Shown here: one piece after another, positions 1 through 8,387 of the stretch
Layout of the letters: every line of letters starts with the position of its first letter
Numbering within the stretch: the stretch's first letter is position 1
Assembly (NCBI GenBank): GCA_965368815.1
Contig: CBDUOH010000002.1
Location: 15,090 to 79,089 of the forward strand
Length of the DNA stretch: 64,000 nt
Direction of reading: 5' to 3'
DNA from: an uncultured Acidimicrobiia bacterium
Lineage (GTDB): Bacteria > Actinomycetota > Acidimicrobiia > Spongiisociales > UBA5794
Made by a program: the position numbers and the translations under genes
Notes under the pieces: model-generated
The model's input: only the letters and a program-made list of their open reading frames with translations
Told to the model about the DNA's origin: nothing
Databases searched by the model: none

Positions 1-356
1 CCGAGACGTTGATTGAGGTCGCACGACGGGCTCGACGCCTGGAGGCGATCCTCGCTATGCCACCCGGCGATGCCGAGCGACGACTGCTCGCCGTCAAAGG
101 AGTGGGGCGATGGACGGCAGGAATCGCGATGGGAAGTGCGGTCGGGAACACGGATGCGGTCCCTGAAGGTGACTATCACCTACCGAACGCGGTGGCGTGG
201 GCCCTTGCCGGGGAGCCGAGGGCCGACGACGAACGGATGTGCGAACTTCTCGAACCGTTCCGTCCCCAGCGCCGACGCGTCGTCGAAATGATCAAGCAGG
301 CTGGCATCCACGCACCGAAGTACGGACCACGGTCACCGATACGTCAGCACCTCTGA
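1..356 (+). CDS. HhH-GPD superfamily DNA glycosylase (AlkA / 3-methyladenine glycosylase II-like), C-terminal fragment; the 5' end lies outside the window
   Basis: The ORF runs to the window edge. It has a helix-hairpin-helix motif 'LLAVKGVGRWTAGIAM' followed by the Gly/Pro-rich loop and a conserved Asp ('VPEGDYHL'), which is typical of HhH-GPD glycosylases. Confidence 0.5.
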   Translation, partial: ETLIEVARRARRLEAILAMPPGDAERRLLAVKGVGRWTAGIAMGSAVGNTDAVPEGDYHLPNAVAWALAGEPRADDERMCELLEPFRPQRRRVVEMIKQAGIHAPKYGPRSPIRQHL

Positions 357-371
357 CGGGTCCCCGCCTGG

Positions 372-1520
372 CTAGTAGAGCTCGTAGTAACCGTCGATGA
401 GACGATCGGTGACGTTCGCCCAATCACCGAAACAGTCCGACACGATCCGATCGACCGCATCGGGATCCGGATCGTTCGTCGTTTCAACGTGGACGGTCTG
501 TGGTTCGGTGACGGGATGCCCGATCGAGGACAGGAGTCGGATGGTCGCTTCTGTGGCGTCGGTCTCGGCGATGAGACGCTGTGAGATGTCGTAGGCGATC
601 GCGTGATATGTCTTGCCGACATGGGCAGCAGGGTTCTTACCGGCAGCAGCCTCGAGACTCATCGGGCGATAGGGAGTTATCAGACCGCCGAAACGGTTGC
701 CCCGCCCGACCTGTCCGTCATCGCCCGCCTCGGCGGATGTTCCGCTCAGCGTCAGATAGACCGAGTCCTCCTGGTCCGCCTGATTGACCTGGACCGACAC
801 CCGGCGCCCCGCAACGGCCGACGCGAGCTCGGTCACGTCATGGTGGACCGCATCGATCACGTCGTCGTACGCAGCCCTGTCGGCAACCTTGGTGGCCATC
901 ACGGGTGATGCAACGGTCACCGTGATGTCATCTCCCACCCGCGCACCCATGACCTTGATGTCGCGTCCGACGGGGAGTTCGGCACGGTATGCGGGATCGT
1001 TGAGGTGATGCTCCACGTCGTACACGACGGATTCGACGATCGACCGTGGCATCGACACAGCGGCGAACGACGTGTCATTGGCGAGGGGCGCGACAGACTC
1101 GGCATGGACGACGGCGGCGAGGTCGTCAGAGCTCCTGTTGAGCCAGACCTCGACCGTGAACGCGTCCGGATCGGCATCCGGAAGCAGTTCGAGCAACCGG
1201 CTGTGATATCGGGCCGCGAGTTCTTCGGGGTCGGGCTTCCAGTCGAATGCGTATGAGGCTTTGCCCACCAGCACGATGCGCGACGGCTTCACATGGTGTC
1301 CGCCGCCGAATCCGACGTCAACCGCACCTGCGGCGAGAATCGCTTTGTCGACATTGAAGTGTCGTACCGCACCCGTGTGCTTGGTGTACTGGCGAGCGAG
1401 GTGGCAGGCGAATTCCTCTGCAAGTCGGTCACAGATCGTGTCGGGGTGACCGAGGCCCTTGCGCTCGACGAATTCAACGGGTGGGGCGTACGCGGGTCGG
1501 CTGGTAAGGGAGATACTCAT
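372..1520 (-). CDS. Archaeal-type methionine adenosyltransferase (S-adenosylmethionine synthetase, PF01941 family)
   Basis: The N-terminal block 'VEFVERKGLGHPDTICDRLAE' matches the hallmark of archaeal MAT (M. jannaschii-type 'ERKGLGHPDSICDGIAE'). The length is about 380 aa. The track ORF extends to 1559, but the internal Met 'MSISLTS' at about 1520 fits the family's N-terminus better. Confidence 0.8.
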   Translation of the reverse strand: MSISLTSRPAYAPPVEFVERKGLGHPDTICDRLAEEFACHLARQYTKHTGAVRHFNVDKAILAAGAVDVGFGGGHHVKPSRIVLVGKASYAFDWKPDPEELAARYHSRLLELLPDADPDAFTVEVWLNRSSDDLAAVVHAESVAPLANDTSFAAVSMPRSIVESVVYDVEHHLNDPAYRAELPVGRDIKVMGARVGDDITVTVASPVMATKVADRAAYDDVIDAVHHDVTELASAVAGRRVSVQVNQADQEDSVYLTLSGTSAEAGDDGQVGRGNRFGGLITPYRPMSLEAAAGKNPAAHVGKTYHAIAYDISQRLIAETDATEATIRLLSSIGHPVTEPQTVHVETTNDPDPDAVDRIVSDCFGDWANVTDRLIDGYYELY

Positions 1521-1597
1521 AGGCACGCATCGTATACCCGCTCCGTTTGTGACCACCACGGCCGGTGTCGAGCCGTCGGTGCGGTACCGTACCCGAC

Positions 1598-2632
1598 ATG
1601 GATCCGTTCACCGCCGCCATCCACGGCGACAAGGAGTACGCAGAGGGGGCTGACGTCGCTCCGGCGATTCGTCCGTCGACAACGTTCGAAGCCGACACCG
1701 GACGACGGTATCGACGGACGAGCCATGAGACGACGGAACGTTTCGAAGCCGTGGTTGGGGCGCTCGAAGGCGGTCACGCCGTGTGCTACAGCAGCGGAAT
1801 GGCCGCGGCGGCTGCAGCGCTCGACTTCTACCGCCCGGGTTCGGTGGCCGTGCCGGATGTGTATCACATGATCCGGGTCCTCATCGAGGATCGTGCCGAT
1901 CACGGTGATCTCCGCGTCGTCGATCCCGACACCCTCGACACCGGTGACATCCAGTGGCTGGAATCACCGTCGAATCCGTTGTGTACGGTGACTGACATCC
2001 CTGCTGTGGCCGCGCGGAACGCTGATCGGGGCGTCATCACACTTGTCGATTCCACGTTTGCCACTCCCGTGTTCTCCAACCCGCTGTCGCATGGGGCCGA
2101 CGTGGTGCTGCACTCGGTCACCAAAGCCATCGGTGGCCACAGTGATGCACACGCCGGTGTTCTCGTCGTTGCGGACCCCGACATTGCTGTCCGCCTCCGT
2201 CGGCACAGGGAGATGACCGGCGCCGTCCCGGGGTCGCTCGACGTGTGGCTTGCGCTGCGCGGCATCAGGACGCTTCCGCTGCGGGCGCAGCGGGCAGCCG
2301 CCACAGCCAACCGTGTCGCTGAATGGGCTGAGTCGTCGGGATTGCTGACGTACTACCCCGGACTTGCGTCGCATCCGACCCATGCCATCGCCACCCGGAC
2401 GATGTCGGGGTTCGGATCGATGTTGTCCATCGACCTCGGGACGTTCGATGCGGCCGCACATCTCGTCGAACGAGTCGAGATGTTCACGAATGCGACCTCG
2501 CTCGGCGGTGTCGAATCGTTGATCGAGCATCGGATCGCGTCGGATCCGAACGTCGCCCCCGGGCTGGTACGTCTGTCCATCGGCCTCGAGGATCCCGATG
2601 ATCTGGTGCATGATCTGCGTCAGGCGTTGTGA
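1598..2632 (+). CDS. Cys/Met-metabolism PLP-dependent enzyme (cystathionine gamma-synthase / gamma-lyase family)
   Basis: It is collinear with MetB/CGL. The matching blocks are 'IRPSTTF', 'LEGGHAVCYSSGMAA', 'LESPSNP', the PLP-lysine motif 'HSVTKAIGGHSD', and 'SLGGVESLIEH' with a 'GLVRLSIGLED' tail. The likely start is 'MDPFTAAIHGD' at about 1598; the track ORF starts at 1565. Confidence 0.8.
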   Translation: MDPFTAAIHGDKEYAEGADVAPAIRPSTTFEADTGRRYRRTSHETTERFEAVVGALEGGHAVCYSSGMAAAAAALDFYRPGSVAVPDVYHMIRVLIEDRADHGDLRVVDPDTLDTGDIQWLESPSNPLCTVTDIPAVAARNADRGVITLVDSTFATPVFSNPLSHGADVVLHSVTKAIGGHSDAHAGVLVVADPDIAVRLRRHREMTGAVPGSLDVWLALRGIRTLPLRAQRAAATANRVAEWAESSGLLTYYPGLASHPTHAIATRTMSGFGSMLSIDLGTFDAAAHLVERVEMFTNATSLGGVESLIEHRIASDPNVAPGLVRLSIGLEDPDDLVHDLRQAL

Positions 2633-3243
2633 GGTCCTTCCGACGACCAGTGTTGCCACCGGACGACTTCGGGTGTCGCCTTCCATCCCCGCTTGAGGCT
2701 CCCCGAACGTCGATCCGGAGCCGGATGCCCGATCGTGCAGATGCCGACGATCGACACGTTTTCGGGGATCCCGAGCGTGGCATGCAACGCTTCGAACGCC
2801 TGGGCCCCCAGGAATCCGGCTGCAAGCCCTTCGTCCACGGCTGCATAGAGAATCGCCATCATCGAGGCGCCGGCGTCAACCCACCAGAATGGGACTTCCC
2901 AGTCGTCCTCGGTGGAGCGTTCTCCGTCGGTTCCGGCTTTGTCCGGTTCCGAGTATCGGTCGAGGTAGGCATGCTTGTCCACGCAGATCACGACATGGAC
3001 CGGCGCACGTGAGATCCAGGGGGCGAACCCATCGGCCACATACAGCTCTTCGCCGCCGGCTCGTGCCACCGCTTGCCTCTGGTCCGGATCGGTGACGACG
3101 ACGAATCGCTGACCCTGGCTGAATCCCGCCGAGGGCGCCTTCACACCTGCCGAGACGATGCGCTCGATGACCGAGGGATCGACCGGCTCGTCGGTGTAGT
3201 TCCGCACCATGCGTCGCTTGCGGACAACATCTCGGAACTCCAC
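2620..3243 (-). CDS. Nitroreductase family protein
   Basis: It has the nitroreductase N-terminal signature 'RRMVRNYTDEPVD' and a matching length of 207 aa. Its stop overlaps the convergent CGS-family gene by 13 nt. Confidence 0.75.
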   Translation of the reverse strand: MEFRDVVRKRRMVRNYTDEPVDPSVIERIVSAGVKAPSAGFSQGQRFVVVTDPDQRQAVARAGGEELYVADGFAPWISRAPVHVVICVDKHAYLDRYSEPDKAGTDGERSTEDDWEVPFWWVDAGASMMAILYAAVDEGLAAGFLGAQAFEALHATLGIPENVSIVGICTIGHPAPDRRSGSLKRGWKATPEVVRWQHWSSEGPHNA

Positions 3244-3244
3244 C

Positions 3245-4609
3245 TCAGATCCTTTCGAGCGCCGCCGTTGTCTCGGTGATGGCGTCCTTGGCGTCGGCGA
3301 AGTACATCATCGTCTTGTCCATGTAGAACAGCGGGTTGTCGATTCCGGCAAACCCGGGCGACAGGCTCCGCTTCACGACAATCACCGTCGCCGCCTCGTC
3401 CACGTTGAGGATCGGCATGCCGTAGATCGGCGAAGCTGCGTCCTCCCGGGCACTCGGGTTCACGACATCATTGGCACCGACGATGAGAACCACGTCGGTG
3501 CGTTCCAGCAACGGGTTCGCCTGTTCGAGGTCGAGCAGCTTGTCGTATGACACGTCGGCCTCAGCGAGAAGAACGTTCATGTGGCCCGGCATGCGCCCGG
3601 CGACCGGGTGGATCGCGTAGGTGACCTCGACCCCGCGATCCTCCAGCTCCTTGGCGAGGTCCCGTACCGCGTACTGGGCCTGGGCGACAGCGAGCCCGTA
3701 GCCGGGAACCACCATGACCCGCGATGCGTAGCCGAGGGCGATCGCGGCGTCGTCCGCCGTCGCTCGCCGGACCGGTTGGGTCCCGATGTCCTCGGCCGCA
3801 GCTCCGCCGCCGAATCCGGAGAACAGGATGTTGGAGAGCGAACGATTCATGGCAACCGACATCTCAATGGTCAGGATCATCCCTGCGGCACCCACGAGCG
3901 CGCCTCCCACGATCAGTGCCTGATTGCTGATGACGAATCCCGCCATGGCCGCAGCGATACCCGAGAGGGAGTTCAGCAGTGAGATGACGACCGGCATGTC
4001 GGCGCCGCCGATACCCATGACGCCGACGACACCGAGCACCATCGCCGCGAGCGCGGCAAGCCAGTAGTACACCGGGTCGCCCGTTGCGACCGCAACGGCT
4101 CCGAGAGCGACTGCCAGACTTGCGAGTATCGCGTTGGTGACGACCCCGCCCACTCTGAGGGGGCGTCCGGTGAGGATGCCCTGGAGTTTTCCGAAGGCCA
4201 CGAATGATCCCGACAGGGTGACAGCGCCGATGACGAGCGACAGGGCAGTCGTGACAGCGGTTTCGGTCGCGAACACGCCTGCGGTGGCGACAACGGCAGC
4301 TCCGGCGACGAGGGCCGATGCTCCACCTCCGAATCCGTTGAAGGCTGCCACGAGCTCGGGCATCGATGTCATCTGGACGCGGATGGCAAGCAGCGCCCCG
4401 AACGCCCCACCGGCAACAAGACCCGCGATGACGATTCCCCACGCCAGCCGGGAATCATCGGTGACCAGATCCACCACCACGACGATGGTCGCAACCAACA
4501 TGCCGAGGGCGGCGATTTGATTGCCGCGTCGTGCCGACCGTGGCGAGGTGAGCCCCTTGAGTCCGAGGATGAACAGCACGCCCGCGGCGAGGTACGCGAG
4601 TTCGGTCAT
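3245..4609 (-). CDS. pntB: NAD(P) transhydrogenase subunit beta (PntB)
   Basis: The PntB N-terminus is 'MTELAYLAAGVLFILGLKGL', followed by multiple TM segments and a C-terminal NADP(H)-binding domain ('GYGLAVAQAQ...AIHPVAGRMPGHMNVLLAEA'). The real start is an internal ATG forming an ATGA overlap with the pntAB stop. The track ORF carries a spurious 100-aa N-terminal extension. Confidence 0.9.
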   Translation of the reverse strand: MTELAYLAAGVLFILGLKGLTSPRSARRGNQIAALGMLVATIVVVVDLVTDDSRLAWGIVIAGLVAGGAFGALLAIRVQMTSMPELVAAFNGFGGGASALVAGAAVVATAGVFATETAVTTALSLVIGAVTLSGSFVAFGKLQGILTGRPLRVGGVVTNAILASLAVALGAVAVATGDPVYYWLAALAAMVLGVVGVMGIGGADMPVVISLLNSLSGIAAAMAGFVISNQALIVGGALVGAAGMILTIEMSVAMNRSLSNILFSGFGGGAAAEDIGTQPVRRATADDAAIALGYASRVMVVPGYGLAVAQAQYAVRDLAKELEDRGVEVTYAIHPVAGRMPGHMNVLLAEADVSYDKLLDLEQANPLLERTDVVLIVGANDVVNPSAREDAASPIYGMPILNVDEAATVIVVKRSLSPGFAGIDNPLFYMDKTMMYFADAKDAITETTAALERI

Positions 4610-4902
4610 CGCTTTGGTCCCGGCAGTTTCTTGAACATCTCGAGCATGCGGTCGGTGACGAGGAACCCACCGACCACGTTGATCGTCGCGAACATGACCG
4701 CGAGAAAGCCAAGGACGCCAGCAACCCAGCCGGTGCCCGTGGCTGCGGCGATGACCGCCCCGACGATGGTGATGCCCGAGATTGCGTTGGCACCTGACAT
4801 CAACGGCGTGTGCAACGTCGGCGGGACCCTGCGGATGACTTCGAACCCGACGAAAGCGGCGAGCACGAAGGCGACGATGGATTGGATGAAGACGTCGCTC
4901 AC
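4606..4902 (-). CDS. pntAB: NAD(P) transhydrogenase subunit alpha part 2 (small membrane subunit)
   Basis: It is a 98-aa three-TM protein ('GFLAVMFATINVVGGFLVT') of the split PntA. It is flanked by ATGA overlaps with pntAA upstream and pntB downstream. Confidence 0.85.
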   Translation of the reverse strand: MSDVFIQSIVAFVLAAFVGFEVIRRVPPTLHTPLMSGANAISGITIVGAVIAAATGTGWVAGVLGFLAVMFATINVVGGFLVTDRMLEMFKKLPGPKR

Positions 4903-5987
4903 GATGCATCCCCGGTACGGACGATCATCGGGCCGATGACCGCGTCGTCGGGATCGACAACCACGGCTTCATCGACGATGAGGCGTTTCACAACTTCGAG
5001 GATGTTCCGGGCATACATTCGTGATGCGTCCGAGGCAACCCGGGAAGCCAGGTCGGTCGGTCCATGGATCGTCACGCCGCCGATCTCGACCACGGAGTCG
5101 GGAACGGACCCTTCCACGTTGCCCCCCGAGCTGGCCGCCATGTCGATGATCACCGAACCTTGTGACATCGCTTCGACCATTGCTGCGTCGACAAGCACGG
5201 GGGCTTTCCGTCCGGGCACCTGTGCCGTGGTGATCACGAGATCGGATTCGGCGACGGAGGCTGCGAGGATTCGCCTCTGTTCGGCGAGTTCGTCTTCTCC
5301 TATGGCCCTGGCGTAGCCGCCCTCATCCATCGTCATCGTCGGTGCATCGACGAACGTCGCCCCGAGGCTCTCGACCTGTTCCCGGGTCTCGGGGCGGATA
5401 TCGTACGCAGACACGACGCCGCCGAGGCGCTTGGCGGTCGCGATCGCCTGCAAACCGGCCACTCCGACACCGAGCACGAGCACTCTGGCCGGTGGCACGG
5501 TCCCCGCAGCGGTGACGAGCATGGGGAGAAATTTTGGCATTACACCAGCGCCGAGAAGCACCGCCGCATAGCCAGCGGCCGTTGCCTGGGAGGAAAGAGC
5601 GTCCATGGCCTGGGCAAGCGTGGAGCGAGGGACGAGCTCCATCGCGAGACAGGTGGCACCGCGGTCGGTGAGTTTGGCGATGATGTCGGCGTTGTTCGTC
5701 GGGTCGAGCATGCCGACGACGATCGTGTGCCCGGCTATCGAGGCGATGTCGTTGTCGGTGACGGGACCCACTGTTGCGAGAACGTCGAGCGCTTCACCCG
5801 ATCCGAGTTCTGAAACGATCGATGCTCCGGCGGCTTCGAAGGCGCTGTCGGTGTATCCCGACGAGGTACCCGCACCCGATTCGACCGATACCCGCACACC
5901 GAGTTCCACGAGCGAACGGACGCTTTGAGGCGTACCCGCCACCCTGCGTTCGCGCGCTGCGTACTCTGAACGGATACCTAGGTGCAT
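4899..5987 (-). CDS. pntAA: NAD(P) transhydrogenase subunit alpha part 1 (NAD(H)-binding dI domain)
   Basis: It has an alanine-dehydrogenase/PNT fold with a Rossmann 'VLVLGVGVAGLQAIATAKRLG' motif and is 362 aa long. It is translationally coupled to pntAB. Confidence 0.9.
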   Translation of the reverse strand: MHLGIRSEYAARERRVAGTPQSVRSLVELGVRVSVESGAGTSSGYTDSAFEAAGASIVSELGSGEALDVLATVGPVTDNDIASIAGHTIVVGMLDPTNNADIIAKLTDRGATCLAMELVPRSTLAQAMDALSSQATAAGYAAVLLGAGVMPKFLPMLVTAAGTVPPARVLVLGVGVAGLQAIATAKRLGGVVSAYDIRPETREQVESLGATFVDAPTMTMDEGGYARAIGEDELAEQRRILAASVAESDLVITTAQVPGRKAPVLVDAAMVEAMSQGSVIIDMAASSGGNVEGSVPDSVVEIGGVTIHGPTDLASRVASDASRMYARNILEVVKRLIVDEAVVVDPDDAVIGPMIVRTGDAS

Positions 5988-5998
5988 CGCGCTCCAAG

Positions 5999-6862
5999 CT
6001 ACCGGTCTCGCCGTGACTGTGCCGAATCCACGGCAGCGGCCACCAGGGCCGCATCGTCGGCCGACAGCGGCGCCAGCGGTGCTCTTGGAGCTCCGACGGC
6101 TCTGCCGACCAATCCGGCTGCGTGTTTGGTACCTGCGACGCCGAATTGCTCAACGACTCCCGTCAGCGTCACGAGTTCCCGCTGCGCGTGGTCGTCACCG
6201 GCGGCCGCCAACTCCACAAGCCTGAAGGCGTAGTTTGCGCTTGCCGTGATGGCGCCGTAGCCGCCGTTGCCGTGGGATTCGGCGAGGGCGCGCGATGCGC
6301 CCGCGAACACGAGGAAGCCTGCACTGATGGCATCGGCCAGATCAAGGATCCGTGTCGGGTCGCCACCGGAGTCCTTGATTCCGACGATGTTGTCGACCTC
6401 GGCGAGGCGTTTGACGACGTCCGTCGGGAGGGCATAGCCGGTCACGCGCGGGACCGTGTAGAGGAAGACGGGGATGGGCGATTCGCCCGCTACCTGGCGG
6501 AAGAATCGTTCAACGCCTCGATGGTTGTCACGCACGAGCGTTCCCGGGGTTGCGACGAGCGCGGCATCGGCACCGCCGACATCAGCCTCTGCGATCTGTG
6601 CCACGGCCTGGCGAACCGACTCTGCGTTGATTCCGCACATCACGAATCCGTCGTGGGATGCCTGCCTGGTTGCGGCGACAAGCGTCTCTCGTTCCCCTGG
6701 TTCGAGATACGGGCCTTCCCCAGTGGAGCCTGCCACCACGAAGCCCCCGGAACCCTCTGCTGCGAGATCCACGACGTTCGCCCTGTGGCCCTCGGCATCG
6801 AACTCCCATGACGCATCGAACGGTGTGACGATGGCTGGCATGGCCCGTGGTGGTGTTTTCAT
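5999..6862 (-). CDS. DapA/DHDPS-family class I aldolase (dihydrodipicolinate synthase / KDG-aldolase-like lyase)
   Basis: The motifs are 'AIVTPF' at the N-terminus, 'GSTGE', and the Schiff-base lysine region 'IVGIKDSGGD'. The start is chosen at 'MKTPPRAMPAIVTPF' (6862), which makes an ATGA overlap with the gnd stop. The track ORF extends to 6922. Confidence 0.7.
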   Translation of the reverse strand: MKTPPRAMPAIVTPFDASWEFDAEGHRANVVDLAAEGSGGFVVAGSTGEGPYLEPGERETLVAATRQASHDGFVMCGINAESVRQAVAQIAEADVGGADAALVATPGTLVRDNHRGVERFFRQVAGESPIPVFLYTVPRVTGYALPTDVVKRLAEVDNIVGIKDSGGDPTRILDLADAISAGFLVFAGASRALAESHGNGGYGAITASANYAFRLVELAAAGDDHAQRELVTLTGVVEQFGVAGTKHAAGLVGRAVGAPRAPLAPLSADDAALVAAAVDSAQSRRDR

Positions 6863-8316
6863 GCGTCGTACGCTCCTGACGTCGTGTGGCCTCCGTGGCC
6901 GGTCCAATCCGTATGGAACCATGTACCGCGAGGCTGATCGGTGCGCTCATAGGTGTGCGCCCCGAAGTAGTCGCGTTGTGCCTGGATCAGGTTCGCGGGG
7001 CCGCGCGCCGAGCGGTAGGCATCATAGAAGGCGAGCGCGGAGGCATAGGCCGGCACCGCGATGCCCGCCATCGCTGCCCGCGAGACGGTTCGGCGCCACC
7101 CGGGAAGCGTCGTGGCGATTTCCTTGGCGAAGTGGTCGGCGACGAGAAGATTGTCGAGCGTCGGGTCTGCCCGGTACGCGGACGTTATGTCGCCGAGGAA
7201 CTGGGACCTGATGATGCAACCGGCCCTCCACAGACCCGCGATCAGGCCGGGATCGAGATTCCATCCGTACTCGTCGCTGGCCGCACGGATCAACATGAAC
7301 CCCTGGGCATAGGACACGATCTTGGAGCCGTAGAGAGCGTCGTGGAGGTCGTCGATCACCACGGATCGGTCCTCGATGATCGGCTCGACATCGCCCCCGA
7401 GCATTGTTGATGCCCTCACCCGCTCGTCCTTGAGTGCCGACACCATCCTGGCGTAGACCGATTCCCCGACGAGGGTGAGCGGCATTCCCTCGTCCATCGA
7501 GGCGATCACGGTCCATTTCCCGGTGCCCTTTTGTCCTGCGGCGTCGAGGATGACGTCGACCGTCGGGATTCCGTCGGTTCGATGTCCCAGGATGTCGGCC
7601 GTTATCCCGACGAGGTATGAGTCGAGCTTGCCGGTGTTCCATCGGGCGAAGTGCTCCCCGATGTCCTCGGGGACCATTCCCAGTCCGCGGGCCATGATGT
7701 CGTAGGCCTCAGCGATCACCTGCATGTCGCCGTATTCGATTCCGTTGTGGACCATCTTGACATAGTGGCCTGAACCCCCGGGTCCCACCCAGTCGGCACA
7801 GGGCTCGCCGTTGTAGTCGGCGGCGATCGACGTGATCAGATGCTTGATCTCGGGCCAAGCCTCGGGATTGCCTCCCGGCATGATCGAGGGGCCATTGCGG
7901 GCGCCCTCCTCACCGCCCGAGATCCCGGCGCCGACGAATCTGATGCCGTGTGCCTCAAGGCTCGCAACCCTCCGTTCCGTGTCGGTGAAGAGTGAATTCC
8001 CGCCGTCGATGATGATGTCGCCGCGTTCGAGGAGCGGGACGAGCGCATCGATCTGCCCGTCGACAGGTGCACCGGCCTTGATCATGAGCAGCACGCGCCG
8101 AGGTCTCCTGAGATGGCCGACCAACTCCGCGAGGTCACTCGTGCCGATGACGTTCTTGTCGGCGGCGTCTCCGGCGAGGAACGCCTCTGTGGTGGTGGTG
8201 GTGCGGTTGAACACGGCAACGGTATGCCCATGATCGGCAAGATTGAGCACGAGGTTCTGGCCCATGACCGCGAGGCCGATGACCCCTATGTCTGCGCTGC
8301 TGTCTGCGCTGCCCAC
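6859..8316 (-). CDS. gnd: 6-phosphogluconate dehydrogenase (NADP+-dependent, decarboxylating)
   Basis: The N-terminus is 'IGVIGLAVMGQNLVLNLADHGHTVAVFNRT', the protein is full length at 485 aa, and the Gnd C-terminal domain is present. Confidence 0.9.
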   Translation of the reverse strand: MGSADSSADIGVIGLAVMGQNLVLNLADHGHTVAVFNRTTTTTEAFLAGDAADKNVIGTSDLAELVGHLRRPRRVLLMIKAGAPVDGQIDALVPLLERGDIIIDGGNSLFTDTERRVASLEAHGIRFVGAGISGGEEGARNGPSIMPGGNPEAWPEIKHLITSIAADYNGEPCADWVGPGGSGHYVKMVHNGIEYGDMQVIAEAYDIMARGLGMVPEDIGEHFARWNTGKLDSYLVGITADILGHRTDGIPTVDVILDAAGQKGTGKWTVIASMDEGMPLTLVGESVYARMVSALKDERVRASTMLGGDVEPIIEDRSVVIDDLHDALYGSKIVSYAQGFMLIRAASDEYGWNLDPGLIAGLWRAGCIIRSQFLGDITSAYRADPTLDNLLVADHFAKEIATTLPGWRRTVSRAAMAGIAVPAYASALAFYDAYRSARGPANLIQAQRDYFGAHTYERTDQPRGTWFHTDWTGHGGHTTSGAYDA

Positions 8317-8387
8317 GATGCGATCACCTTTCCGATGCTCGGTCGCAGGGTACCGTCATCGGGGTACCGCACCCTCCCACGACGGGG

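Noticed and set aside
1521-1597. A possible SAM riboswitch between the divergent MAT and CGS-family genes.
   Set aside because: Only about 77 nt are available for two divergent promoters. That is too short for a SAM-I or SAM-IV aptamer plus expression platform, and no conserved riboswitch motifs were recognised.
4610-4909. The 100-aa N-terminal extension of the pntB ORF (His/Arg-rich) overlapping pntAB.
   Set aside because: It is a spurious extension. The PntB family starts at 'MTELAYLAAG', exactly where an ATGA overlap with pntAB occurs.
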